Positions 38,451-50,350 of a stretch of DNA of 64,000 nt are shown piece after piece (position 1 is the stretch's first letter; each line of letters starts with the position of its first letter). The stretch is from Camelus dromedarius. Its lineage: Eukaryota. The stretch lies in NCBI RefSeq assembly GCF_036321535.1, contig NC_087436.1, positions 50,036,001-50,100,000 on the forward strand. The letters run 5' to 3'. Below the pieces are notes generated by a model. The model had not been told where the DNA came from, did no database searches, and was given only the letters and a program-made list of their open reading frames with translations. A program made the position numbers and the translations under genes.

Positions 38451-38803
38451 CAGTTTGAAACTCAAAAGTGAAATAAAATAAGTAATCATGTCCATCTTAC
38501 AATGGGATATGATGTATTTTTAAAACGCCATCTCTTCTTTTTCAGTATAGACTACCATAGTCAGATTCATTTAATTCTCATTAAAATTTTCGGGTATGGC
38601 TTCAAGAAGCATTCCCCAGAGAAACCCCTTCCTAACATGCTGATCTATATATTCGGTGACTAAAATAGAAATAAATGTGTTAATTCAGTGTATAACATTT
38701 GTTTTCTGACTTGAATTTTTTGAATAAATAAAACATCGTGAAAATTAACTTATAGAAATATATTCATCAACTTCCACATTCAAAAAAACCAAAAAAAGAT
38801 GTA

Positions 38804-39704
38804 TGTTGGTTTGTAAATTGGCCCCCATACATGGAGGGCCAGGAGAGACCAAAGAAAGAGGCAGACTATTCCAGATTGGTAGGTGGTGTGAATGAAAAAT
38901 ATTGCCGGCCCTATCTATAAACTGCAGCCACCAACTCATCGGCCACTACCACTGCCTTCAAGGGTGAGTGAAGGAAAGTCAGGATGGAGACAAGCAGGCA
39001 GCCGTGCCTCTGCCACCACCCCCAGTGGTGCCCCATGAGGGAACCCAGGATGGGAAAGCACAGGATACTGGCCCTAGATAGCTAGGTGTGTATCAAAGGA
39101 ATGATTTCAAGGAGCTCAGAATTTTGTACCTTCCCACACATAGAAAAACGCTAAATTATTAACTTGAGATATCTGATTTTCTTTGATTAACAATAATCTT
39201 TGATGTTTCGACTGCCTAGCCTTTGTTGCAAAAACGCTTATATATCCTGGCTCCTTCCCTGCCTTTTTGGAACAGTCTCTCAGAGATATCTGAGAGGCCA
39301 CATCCCGGTCTTAAGTCCTCAGAGATGTCCACCAAATAAAACGTAGCTCAACTTTTAGGCAGTGCATTTTTTCAGTCGACAGTGGTAGGTTTAACAAGCA
39401 AGGGAACTTCCTAATGAGGCTTGTCTTGGACAGTCACAAGATGAGTAGATCTCTGCAACCACCTGCTAGAATCTTAAGTTTGCATAGCAGCCTGGACTGG
39501 GTTCAGTCTCCTATACCGTTCAGATGGCTTCAACTGCACATTGTTCTCTCATGGTTGCATCCTTGAAATGGCTCCAGCTATGGGAACAGTGGGCAGAACA
39601 GACATTCCAAGGACAAGGAAGCGGGGTGAGGAGCCTTCCGTTGCCTGTGTCCAGCTCATGCATCAACCGCAGTGGTCACCTCCTCCTGATGACCTCCTCC
39701 AGCA
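38804..39704 (-). mobile_element. ERV solo LTR (outer element; 5-bp TSD suggests ERVL class), interrupted by a second LTR
   Basis: TG...CA termini ('tgttgg' ... 'ccagca') flanked by atgta/ctgta. The sequence reads continuously across the inner insertion. Orientation inferred from a degenerate poly(A) signal on the minus strand. Confidence 0.65.
38887..39381 (+). mobile_element. ERV1-class solo LTR (495 bp) nested in the outer LTR
   Basis: TG...CA termini ('tgtgaatg' ... 'gtcgaca'), perfect 4-bp TSD GTGG (38883-38886 and 39382-39385), TATA-like 'cttatatatcc' at ~39238, AATAAA at 39335-39340. Confidence 0.88.
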
Positions 39705-40519
39705 CTGTATATTACTGGAGTCCAAGAAACAAGAGAGGAGTAGGTTCTGGACAGTCATTCCAATTTTCTTTTTAAGTTTTATCCTGGTGATGATTTACAT
39801 TGCTCACAAATTCACGATTGTGAACACACCCTTTCCTTTTCTTTGTTTTTCTGCTGGGACTTTCTGTATTGCTCTTGATGTGAACACAAGTCACCTGACA
39901 AAGAAGATGCAGAAGAGAGATGAAAGTAAATATGACCAAATGAAAAAGAACTACCGATGCTAACCTGGAGGAACATATCTTTGCATGCAGATGTAGAGAT
40001 CTCAAGGACTTTCTGCATCTAAAGACAGACTTACTCACTAAGCAAAATTTCTCCTCTTTTACATTGTTTGCCTGCAGGCAGCAAGATCAGGGGGAAAATG
40101 CCATAAAAGGACTATAGAATTACTTAGGGAATTTATTTTCAAATCCATGGGATGATTGTTAGTGAAATTATAATTTCACAAGATAAAAAATTTAGAAGCA
40201 GGGAAATCAATTTTACAATAGGTGTTATATTTATTTCCTTTCAGTCTCGAAGGCCATTTTATATTGACCCTGAAAACATGTAGTCTATGTAAAAAACATG
40301 CAAGAATATCAATTATTTCAACTTGGTTTCATAACTGAAAGCTAAAGGAATTAAAGTGTAGTGAATGCTTCTCCTTGGAAATGCTGAGTAATTGTTGTAA
40401 TAAAGACTGTTATAAAGAAAAATGAAAATGATATAGGGTTGTTCAAATAATATTATGAAGAAAGTTAATTACTAACTATGGCAAAAATACATTAAATGAT
40501 TATTGAACAATAATCTATT

Positions 40520-40770
40520 GCAGCATAGTAATTCAGAGTGTATCTTCTAGGGTCAGGCTGGATTCAAATCCTAACTCACCACTTATTACTGTGTGACCCT
40601 GTATAAGTGTACTGCCATTCTGTGTCTCAACTTATTTCTTATAAGATTGGGATAATTTAGTGCCTAACTCATTGGGTTGTTATGGGGATCATGTAAGACA
40701 ATCTACATTAAAAAGAAAACTTAAAGTAGTGTCTGACACAAAGTAGACCCTGTAAGAGATAGTTGTTATG
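40520..40770 (+). mobile_element. Near full-length MIR
   Basis: 'ggattcaaatcctaactcaccacttattactgtgtgaccctg...tgtgtctcaact...gggataat..agtgcctaactcattgggttgttatggggat...gtgtctgacacaaagtag'. Confidence 0.8.
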
Positions 40771-41329
40771 AGGCACCATTGTTTGCTAACAGAGTAACGC
40801 AACAGAAAAAAATAAAAAGCAAAAGTTTTAAGACGATGCACAAAATACCGGAGAGGCAGGCATATAAATAGCCCTGCCAAAAATAAAGAAATAAGTTCTG
40901 GGAAATGATCTGGAAGGAACTAATTACAGTGGGAATATTAAGGAAGATTACAGAGAACATAATTTGACCTGAGACTTGAAATTTGAATAAAATTTCAATT
41001 GTTCGTGGAAGGAGTGGAGGAGAGGAATGACAAAAACATTTTCAAGACAGAACAGGACAAAATATATAGGGACATCTCAGTAAATGGCCCTCCTGGGGAA
41101 AAATTAGTATTGTGGTGAATGGAGTTTAAGAGTTGTGAACTAATAAGGTAGAAGTTGAAGCTGAAATGTGAGATTGAGAAGAACTTGCTCTGGATACTCT
41201 ATTGTGGACTTTGTTAGTTGTGCTAAAAAATGTACATCCATTGTTCACCAAAGATTGCAGTCCCATTCTGTGTTACAGATATACTTGAGAATGATTGATT
41301 TATGGAAGGTGTTGCCAAGGCAAGGACTC

Positions 41330-41576
41330 TGTATTTTTGCCCAATTTACATCTAAGTGGAACCACACATCTAAATCTTACCAATAGAATTTGAGTGGAAG
41401 TGATGTGTGTCACTTCCCACCCAGCATGGTAAACAACAGATGTGGTTCCTCCACAATCTCTTCCCAGTTCTTAGCCTGGAAGAAAAGAACTCTTAAGTCC
41501 TAGCAGATGGATGATGATAGAAGAAGTTTATATTCCTACTGGCCACTGAAAACTGTGTGAGTGTGTGTGTGTGTGT

Positions 41577-41615
<39 letters not shown>

Positions 41616-41640
41616 TGTAATAACCAGTGTTATCTTACCT
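41330..41640. mobile_element. Old MLT1 (I/J-type) LTR remnant containing a (TG)n microsatellite at ~41553-41618
   Basis: 'ccaatagaatttgagtggaagtgatgtgtgtcacttcc' is a hallmark of old MLT1 LTRs; the TG run is seen directly. Confidence 0.65.
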
Positions 41641-41644
41641 AAAA

Positions 41645-42050
41645 CATGGAGATCATTACTTTAAGCAAAGTAAGCTAGAAAGAGAAAGAAAAATACCATA
41701 TAATATCACTTATATGTGAAATCAAAAAAAAGAGACACAAATGAACTTACTCACAAAACAGTAAGTCATAGAAAACAAACTTATGGTTACTGGGGGGAAG
41801 AGGGGTGGGGAGGGATAAATTGGGGGTTTGGGATTTGCAGATACTAACTACCATATATAAAATAGATAAACAACAAGTTTATACTGTATAGCTCAGGGAA
41901 CTACATTCAATATCTTGTAGTAACCTATAATGACAAAGAATATGAAAAGGAATATATGTATGTATATGTATGACTGAAGCATTACGCTGTACACCAGAAA
42001 TTGACACACTGTAAACTCTCTATACTTCAATTTAAAAAGGACAAAAAAAA
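41645..42050 (+). mobile_element. Camelid-type L1 3' UTR with A-tail
   Basis: 'agaaaacaaacttatggttac', 'gggataaattgggggtttgggatttgcagatactaacta', 'gctgtacaccagaaattgacaca.tgtaaact..ctatacttcaattt' plus an A-rich tail. Confidence 0.9.
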
Positions 42051-43009
42051 GAATTTGTCTTTATTCTTATAGTCCACCTAATTTTCTAGAAGAACTCAAA
42101 CTGTCATAGAAATAAGGTGGTTCTGGTATTAGTGAAAAACTGTAGAGCCAATAAGCTAAAACTAGCTGATTGGGAGCTCACTCGGGAATCTATTCCACTA
42201 ATTCTGACAGCGGTGAGAAGTGTACCGTTAGGGAGGTGGCACAGGAATGAAAGGAGGGAATAGACACCAAGGCAGTCACTGGAGACAGGGCTGGTCATGC
42301 TAGACCTCGGTGACTGAACCTGGGGAACACGTGAGTAGGAGAGGAAGAAACACTGGAGATTCCATGTCTCTGTGACCAGTCAACAGAAGTCACAAGTAGC
42401 AAATTTTGGCATAATTTATGATGTTGGCTGATTATAATCATTATTAAAAAGCGATGGGTTTTCTCAAGAGGGAATGAGATCTCTCCCACTCAAATATATG
42501 CAAATCTAATAATATAATTAATTAATAATAATATAATAACAAATAATATAATAATAAGTGACTACTTACTAAGGATTTATAAAGGGGCTTTCCATGAGGA
42601 GTGGATTCTTGTAAAAATATAGCTTCTTAAATTTCTTACAATTCAAAGATTTGATAATTTAGCAATGATTCTGGCTGTGCTCAAAATAACGTATTTCAAT
42701 AATTTGTAAGAAAAAATTAAGGCAACTGAAAAACCAGAAATGTACAGAGTACAAATACATTTCATGTATCATTTTTTAAATAAAGATTTTGTTTTAGGTC
42801 AGAATGATGCAGAAATTACAAGGGCATTTCAAATAGCATTGAATAGTATTGACATAATCTACTTAATAGAACTTTCTTATGATGACAAACAATTTTAAAT
42901 CTTAGTTGTAGCAATACACTTTTTTTCTGAAATAATTACTAAAAGTATGCTTTGTGATTTCTCTCCAGTGTACAGGTAACATTTTAGAATATAAGCTAGC
43001 ACTTACCTT

Positions 43010-43885
43010 TTCTCTTTTCAAGCCCCTCCTCATTCTTCACAGGGTCTTGGATTTATCCACCTGTGATATTTCATCCGCGGCAGAACCGCATTGTCTCCAC
43101 AGTAAATGGTCAGGAACCACAGAGGTCCGGACGTTATTGTTTCTGCGAGTGCGTATTCTGTGTCCACTGCTGATTTGCATAGCATCTGCTGTCACTTTGC
43201 ACTTTCTCTATAGTTTTTTGGGGTTTTTTTTGCATTCTTGACAGCTGCTTCAGTAGCACTTTGCCATTGGATTGGCTGTGATGAGGAGAAGATGTGACAT
43301 GTTCAGATTCTGATGACACAGCGAACCGCAAATTACCCATTGGCAAAATGAAGTCTATTGCTGGCAAATAGTCTCAGGAATTCCGTAATAGGCAATCTGG
43401 GCACTGCAGTACCCCAGTGCAGCAGATCAGATGCTGCTGTGTATAACAGCTCCATTTTCTAGTAGTCAGAGTGGTAATCAGCCATAGCAAGGTATTCATG
43501 ACTGCCCACCGCAAACAAACACATCCTTTCCTTACTCAAGGCCACTCTGGTGATTCCATGAGCATAGCAGGATAATGTTGGTTATTGGCTTGAGGTATTG
43601 CCTTTGTCTTTATAAATTCCACAGGTATAATTCTCTGAAGCTTAATTAATTGGTTATCATGGAGTTCCTCCAGTGTTGGCTGGAAAATCACTTTTGAGCT
43701 AATAAGAGTATCAATTTTAATGAAACAAGCTATATTTTAAATTATGTAATTGCACAATTAAGGTGTAACCGAACTGCAACTCGCTTCAAAGACTGGAGAG
43801 TCTTCACAGCAATCAAGATGGGATGTGAGGAATCAGTTCCTCTCATACTCTCGTTGGAAAGCTTTAGAGTCTTGATGGAAATAAA
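43010..43885 (-). mobile_element. Degenerate Ty3/Gypsy LTR-retrotransposon pol fossil (pre-integrase region plus integrase core)
   Basis: Minus-strand translation across frameshifts gives, in order: 'LKLSNES...KTLQSLKRVA', 'NYTCGIYKD', 'PEWP', 'SKERMCLFAVGSHEYLAMADYHSDY*KMELL', 'AQIAYYGIPETI', 'ASNRLHFANG*F', 'FAVSSESEHVTSSPHHSQSNGK', 'EAAVKNAKK'. These are colinear with Gypsy rve motifs (PW.KVG.DLF...YL..VDYYS.Y.E; FAR.GIP..I.SDNGPQF; H.TSSP..PQSNG.AE.AVK.AK). Confidence 0.85.
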
Positions 43886-44110
43886 TTTAAAGATGTTTTA
43901 AATCAAAATGGATATATATTATTATATATTAAAATATCTGCTGATTTTTGAAGGCAAGGGAGTTGTCCCACCATGCCACATCAGATAAGTATATAATATA
44001 AAACATAAATAGAATATTGATTTTATGTAAAAAAACAAGAAAAGTTCTCTTTCAAACCATGATGTATTCTGAACCCAGACATTATTCCATTGTTAAGTCA
44101 GAGGAAACAC

Positions 44111-44330
44111 TTTTATTCATTTATTTATTTATGTTTATTGACATATAGTCAGTTTACAATGTTGTGTCAATTTCTGATGCATAATGTGTCAGTCATACGC
44201 ATACATATTCCTTTTCTTATTCTTTTTCACCATAAGTTACTACAAGATATTGACTATAGTTGCCTGTGCTATACAGTATAAACCTATTGTTTATCTATTT
44301 TATATATAGTAGTTACTATCTGCAAATCTC
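44111..44330 (-). mobile_element. 5'-truncated camelid-type L1 3' end with TSD
   Basis: (ttta)n tail, then 'atagtcagtttacaatgttgtgtcaatttctg...ttactacaagatattga.tatagtt.cctgtgctatacagt'. Flanks cagaggaaacac/cagagaaaacgt form an imperfect TSD. Confidence 0.88.
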
Positions 44331-45527
44331 AGAGAAAACGTTTTTAAATAAACATATGAAACCCCAGTTACAGGTTTCTTCTATGCTAAGGCCTCCTCTG
44401 AAATTAATGAATTAGAATAATATCAGTAAAATCTAAAAGGGTGAGATTCACAAAATTAACAGAATTTTTATGTTGACACAACAGAGTTTAAAATTTAAAG
44501 GACCAGGTTGATTCAGTGGCTTTAATGCATGGTCGTTGTAAGGGGCGACATGGAATATTATCCTCTCAATATATGTAAATAACATGAGCTACATTTTTCT
44601 ACCATACGTAGCTAATTTAACAGATTCCGTTAATGTGAAAATTGATTAAGTTTATATTGACCTATGTTAAAAATCAGTATTCAGTTTTAAAGTATATAGA
44701 ATGATTTACTCCCTTTTTAGAAGCCCTGGCACCCAAAATACCAATTATTTCAGCAACTTAAATTTTGACCACAATCATGTAAATGTTTATTAAAATCAAC
44801 AAAATAAACTTGCAAAGGCAAACTCTTTCATTGTTATGACTATGTGTGCAAACAAAATTAGGCATTTGGGTTGTGGGGTGCTTACCAGTAAACTGATCAG
44901 ACAAAAACAAGCATATCATTGAGACGAAATGAGTTTAAAAGGATAATCATTAGAACCAATTTTTAAAATGTAAGATCCAAATAAAGTGAATATGTTTGGA
45001 GGAAAGAGCAAAGTGCATTTCTCTTTGGCAAAACACATAGCCTCTAGTCCAAAGATTAAAAAAATATCAGGACAACGATTTTGCTTTCTTTGCATTCTTT
45101 TACTTTTTTTACTTATTTATTAGATTTTTAGTTGTGTTTGGGGTAGTGAATTTAGTAAATAAATGACTCAATTAAGATGATGTATTAGGTCAATGATAAT
45201 TACTTCAGAAACACCAGGTGGGTATTGATGAATCCATCTCAGATAAAAAGCATTTCAGTTAACTCTTAGAAGCACTCAGGACTGAACCCAAGAAGCATAA
45301 AAAACGGGGAAGAAGAGAAAGGAAGGAGATGGTCCCTGGTGTTTGTAGCCAGTGTGCATGGTTACAGGATTCTAGTGGGTCAGGGAAAATGGTGCACTAG
45401 AGAAAACCTGGAGATAATGGAAGGTTATACAATTTGGTTTCAAGGTAGATTAATAGGATAAAAGCTTTAATTATTAATTGACTTTAGTCAGATATCTATT
45501 TTTACTTACAAATTTATGCTGTTTTCA

Positions 45528-45620
45528 GGGGGTGATAATAGTCTAGTGGTAGAGCACATGCTTACGACGCATGAGGTCCTGGGTTAAATCTCTAGTACCT
45601 CAATTAATAAAAAAAAAAAA
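45528..45620 (+). mobile_element. Camelid tRNA-derived SINE (Vic-1 type, short form)
   Basis: 'ggggtgataatagtctagtggtagagcacatgcttacgacgcatgaggtcctgggttaaatctctagtacctc' plus poly(A). Confidence 0.85.
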
Positions 45621-45645
45621 TTTTTTTTAATGGAGAAAGATTATC

Positions 45646-45803
45646 GGAGGAGGATATAGCTCAGTGGTAGAGTGTGTGCTTAGCATGCACAAGGTGCTGA
45701 GTTCAATCCCCAGTACCACCATCAAAAAATAAATAAATACATACATAAACCTAATTACCTTCCCCTTCTCCACAAAACAAAAACAAAAACAAACAAAAAC
45801 CCC
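45646..45803 (+). mobile_element. Camelid tRNA-derived SINE (Vic-1 type, longer-tailed form)
   Basis: 'ggaggaggatatagctcagtggtagagtgtgtgcttagcatgcacaaggtgctgagttcaatccccagtacc' followed by 'aataaa..cctaattacc' and a (CAAAA)n tail. Confidence 0.9.
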
Positions 45804-46494
45804 AGAATTTTATGCTGCTTTTAGTTTTACTGGACTTGAGAAATTGGATCAGAGAAATTTCCTGCTTTGGTGAAACATGAGAATCTAAATATAAAGAACT
45901 GATGAATCATAACATGTAGAAGCAATATAAAATATTTATTCAGATTTTATATAATTATAGGGATCTGGAAACCAATTGAATCATTATTCTTAAAACTGGT
46001 ATAATTTATTCTTAAAAACGTATGTTAGAAGTGTGGTCATGTATGAGACTGTATCTTCCAGGCTCAGTGAGGGTGCAGCTGGTTAACTGTTTTAGATTAA
46101 ATAAAACAAAATGAAAGTGAACAAGAGCACAAAGTCAGAAGTATGAGGATCTTTTAGTCTGCTTTAAAAAACACAAACCAGCCGCCACTTTTGGCATTCA
46201 AAATTTGAAAGTGCTTTGTGACTCCCTACCTCTACCTCTCTATCTCTGAAAAACAAAAGGTCCTTTGAAAATGGAAGCAATGTTTCTAAATGTGCTAAAA
46301 TATTTCAGAAATAAGTTGTAAAATGAGGGAAGATATGAACATGCTTCTTCAAATTACAGCACCCCAAATTTCAGCTGAGAAAAGTTGAAGATGCTTAAAT
46401 AGAATGTTGCCTTGAATTTCAGATTCACACTAAGCTGTATAGCTCTGTATTTTAATTGTGAATTCAACTGCATTTAAAATTATGACATTAGAAA

Positions 46495-46715
46495 ACATAA
46501 AGACATAGGTTCAAAATTCTTTCTACAACGTATTACCTGTGCGAGTGTGAATGAGTAAATTAGACTTTTAAATCACAGCTTTCGCAATGCTAAAGTAGGA
46601 AAAATTATAGAACTTACATTGTACGGCTATTGAGTAAATTAACTCATAATGTATACAAAATATCTAGCACAGTGCTGATATCTAAATATATTCAAAAACC
46701 ATAGGCTATTATTAT
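46495..46715 (+). mobile_element. MIR, degenerate
   Basis: 'agacataggttcaaaattct...attacctgtgcgagt...aaaatatctagcacagtgctg...ggctattattat' follows the MIR order. Confidence 0.55.
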
Positions 46716-48039
46716 GAATAGTTTCTAAAGTGAATTAATTCTATATTTAGATTAGAGTAAAAAGTGCGACTGTATTATATTGCTTTCTTATGTTGCACTT
46801 CCAGGCAAATAAAAATAGATTTTTTTCATATTTTGTTTATATAACTAACATTAACAACTAAATTCAATCCTTAGCATTTCAATCTTAAAATTCAACTGTA
46901 TTTCTGAAATTATAACACTTTAAATCTCCTGAAATCACTTTAACACTGAACCTACCATCTGATCGACTAACCATTCCACTGTAATAAACAAATCCCTAAT
47001 AAGATTTGCTTAATCGATAAAAGCATTCAATAGGACAGAGCTAATGAAGGAAGTTGTGACTTGTCACCAAAGGGCTCACCTTGGATTGTCATGACTCCAT
47101 TAATTTCTCCTTTTTGCAAAGATTTTTAAAAACTTGTTATGAATTCAGGTAACTGCACTATTACTTAGTATTTCTATACCTTTAATATAAGTAAAGATAA
47201 TTAGATATTTTGCCTTATAAATTGCTGAAACCATTCTTCACATTCCACTCACCGTGTATCCCTGCGAAACAGGAAGGCAGTTACTTCTGCGTGGCTTGTT
47301 CTCAGTGAACCCTTATCAGTTCCTAGGGTTGATGCTTCTGTTCTGTCATATATATTTTTACACTCATGTGTTTAACAGATCTTTATTGAATAACTGCTAT
47401 GTTTTATGTATTTTAATACATGATATGATGGGGAAACTTTAATGGACAAGTAAAACATAGCTTCTGGAGTTGTGAATCCAGCAGGGATTACGGGAAAGAA
47501 GACAATTATAATACAATGTAATAAATTCAATTATGGATCAAATTTATAATGACATATAACTCAGACTGTGTGAGAAAAGGAGGATGAGTTAGTGAATATT
47601 TTCTAAAAACGTAAAAATTGAATATTTAAGCCAAAACCTGAAGGATAGATAAAATAGAGCCTCACTGAGGAAGAAGAGTGTTTAGCCTAAAGGAAATAAC
47701 GGAAGAAAATATGGACTGTAATCAGAATGAGTTGGTTTGCTGTGGCTGGAGTGAAGGGAGTGTACAGGTGGGGAAGGAAGAGGCTGGAATTGTGAACCGG
47801 CCAACGCATAAAGCTCTATGAGGCTAACGTACCTCTTCTGCTACAGCTGTTGCAAGCAACTTTCCTTGCCCGACCTTTGAGTACTAGAGCAAGATGTGCA
47901 CATTTCCATCTGCATATTCTCAAATTCCCATTTATTTTAGTTTTTATTAAGGATTGATTTGTGGTAACAGTCACAAGTTCAGTACATTGGTATTTAATCC
48001 ATTAATTTATTCTATCATTCATTTATTCATTATATATAA

Positions 48040-48413
48040 TATATATGACTGAATTGTGTCCCCCAGATTCATATGTTGAAGCTTTAATCCCCAGTACCTC
48101 AAAAAAGGCAATTAAGTTAAAAGGAGGCCCTTAGGCTGGAACTTAATCCAGTCTGACTGGTGTCTTCCTAGTAAGAGGACCTTACACCACACAGAGACAC
48201 CAGGGATGTGCACGCACAGGGAAGAGCCTTCATGAGGACACGGGAGAACGCGGCCATTTGCAAACCAAGGAGAGAGGTTTCAGAAGAAACCAAGCTGTCA
48301 GTAATTCGATCTTGGGGATTTCTAACCTCCAATACTGTGAGAAAATAATATCCTGTTGCTTAAGCCACTCAGTCTACGGTATTTTTTTATGGCAGGTCTA
48401 GGAAACTAATATA
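48040..48413 (+). mobile_element. MLT1B-type MaLR solo LTR
   Basis: 'actgaattgtgtcccccagattcatatgttgaagc.ttaatccccagtacctca...taatccagtctgactggtgtc...cacagagacaccagggatgtgcacgcacag...taagccactcagtctacggtatttt..atggcag.tctaggaaactaata'. Confidence 0.9.
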
Positions 48414-49865
48414 ATGTGTATGTGTACATTTATAATATATTGAACTATGTTCTGTTCCCTGCACTGTAGTATTGGTTAAGAATATGAAGAAAAGAAACAT
48501 TATTTCTTAAAATTTTGGAATTTCAGATTTGAGGGAGAACTGAATTAATAAAACATAAATTACAAAAAGGGTTTATACACGAATATGGGATTATACGTGC
48601 TATAAAAGAACTGCCAGGGAATTAGCTCCACATAATACACGACATTTCTTGGAGATGGAGATGCTTGGGCAAAATTTTGAAGGGAAAACTGTGTTCAGCA
48701 AAATGAAAGGACTGGTAGGAAGATGGCCTTGGCTTCCTGGCCAGACCCAGACATGTAAGGGTGCACAGCAGATTTTATGACTTGCAGTATGTAGTGCTGT
48801 CGGCACCGGTGTATGTGTGTAAGGGAGCAGCAGTCAGACGCTCCTTCAGTGATCCAGAAGAAGTGAACTCTAATTACCTTTTGTCCTATGAGGGGCTTCA
48901 TTTCCATGATGCCACTTCTTATCACTTTCAGTATGTTGATTTTTTTTTCCCTTCCTGAAAGAAAGGAAACAAGTTGCAATTAATGAATCTTGTCCATATC
49001 TGTTATCAGTTTACTTTATATGACCTCTCCCATGGAGTGATTCTCGCACTTCTTAGTCATTTTTAATTCTAAAGGAATATTTTAAAATATGGCCATGCAT
49101 TTGCAGGCTTCAGTCTGTTGCCTGACCACCAGTACATGTTGAGGCTCTTCCTCTCAGCTTTTAACTTATTTTAATCTACTTTAAGTTAATGATTAATACC
49201 TACACCAGCTGTTATCTGCTGTCAGTACACACAGTAGCACAAAAACACTTACCCGCACTTAGTTCTAACACTGTGGGATATTTACTTAGCTTTCTTCCCT
49301 TCCCCCGCATTTGTTTGTCTTTTGGATGAGTTCCTTTATGCTAGGTGTTAGCTTTTTCACCTTGGGTCAATTGTTCTTATACTATAGTGTGTCTCAAAAT
49401 CACCTTGAAGTTATTGGTAAAAATACAGATTCTCCCTGAATGTTTTAATTCAAAAGCTTTGAAGGAGTAGCACATGAAGTGGGAAATCTTGCCTTACTAA
49501 CTGATATGCAGGGCGTTTATTAACAGAACTCAACAGTGGGTACACTTATAGCCTCTAATGTGAACACTGTAGCACCGTGTTTTTGCCCTGTGTCCTTGAG
49601 TCCACCTCTCATGATCACAGAATAAATAGCAGGGTTTCACTTGCAGACTGATGCCATGCAGAATATCTAATAGGAAGCTCTTGAATTCGTGCCTTTGTAA
49701 ACCACGTACACGCAAACACTTAACTTCTCCTTGTTTACAGACCCTGTATACTACAATTCATGCTTTTGCGGTCAGGACAACTTTTGGTGGCAAATGTTGA
49801 AATAGCAAATCAGTTTCCTTCATTAGGCTTAGTTTTAAATCTATTGAAGAGTTAAGTGTCCTCTA

Positions 49866-50142
49866 ATAGTCAAGGTTCTCCCTAGCAATAAACCAATAGG
49901 AGATACACATGGAGGAAGTGTTATAATAAGGAATTGGATCACATCAAAATGAGGCTGGCATGTCCAGACTTGCAGAATCAATATCCCAGTTCAAGTCTGA
50001 AGGCTGGCAGGCTGTTGTAGAACCAGGAAGAGCTGATGTCTCAGCTTCAAGGCTGTTAGGCAGGAGAATTCTCTTTTATTTGGGGGAGGATCAGCCTTTT
50101 GTTCTATTCAGCCCCTCAACTGATGGGATGAGGCCACCCACC
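49866..50142 (-). mobile_element. MLT2 (ERVL) LTR fragment
   Basis: 'tagtcaaggttctcc...aaccaataggaga...taaggaattgg.tcaca...gccttttgttctattcag.ccctcaactgat.ggatgaggcc' is antisense MLT2. Confidence 0.85.
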
Positions 50143-50164
50143 TGGCTACCTTGCCTGCTTCTCT

Positions 50165-50350
50165 TCTAGCATCCTTAGCTGCTTCCTTCTTCTATCTTTC
50201 CCTTGATTCCTTCTGTCTTTTCTTCTTTCTACCCTCACTTGCTCACCTCCATTTCTATCATCTCTGACTTTATGACTTTCTTCTCTCTTCCCCTCTTCTT
50301 TTTTCTTTCTTCCTTCTTTCCTACATAGCCTCTTTCTTTTCCTCTTTATC
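50165..50350. repeat. Polypyrimidine (CT-rich) low-complexity tract
   Basis: About 180 bp almost devoid of G, seen directly. Confidence 0.75.

Noticed and set aside
39541..39963. Longest ORF in the track (140 aa) with a hydrophobic segment
   Set aside because: It has a non-ATG start, runs out of an LTR into flanking DNA, and has no recognisable homology.
43134..43367. 77-aa ORF as a domesticated integrase gene
   Set aside because: Only part is in the integrase frame. The surrounding homology needs several frameshifts and stops, and catalytic residues appear lost.
48761..48958. 65-aa ORF with protein-like composition
   Set aside because: Non-ATG start, no convincing flanking splice sites, and no recognised homology.
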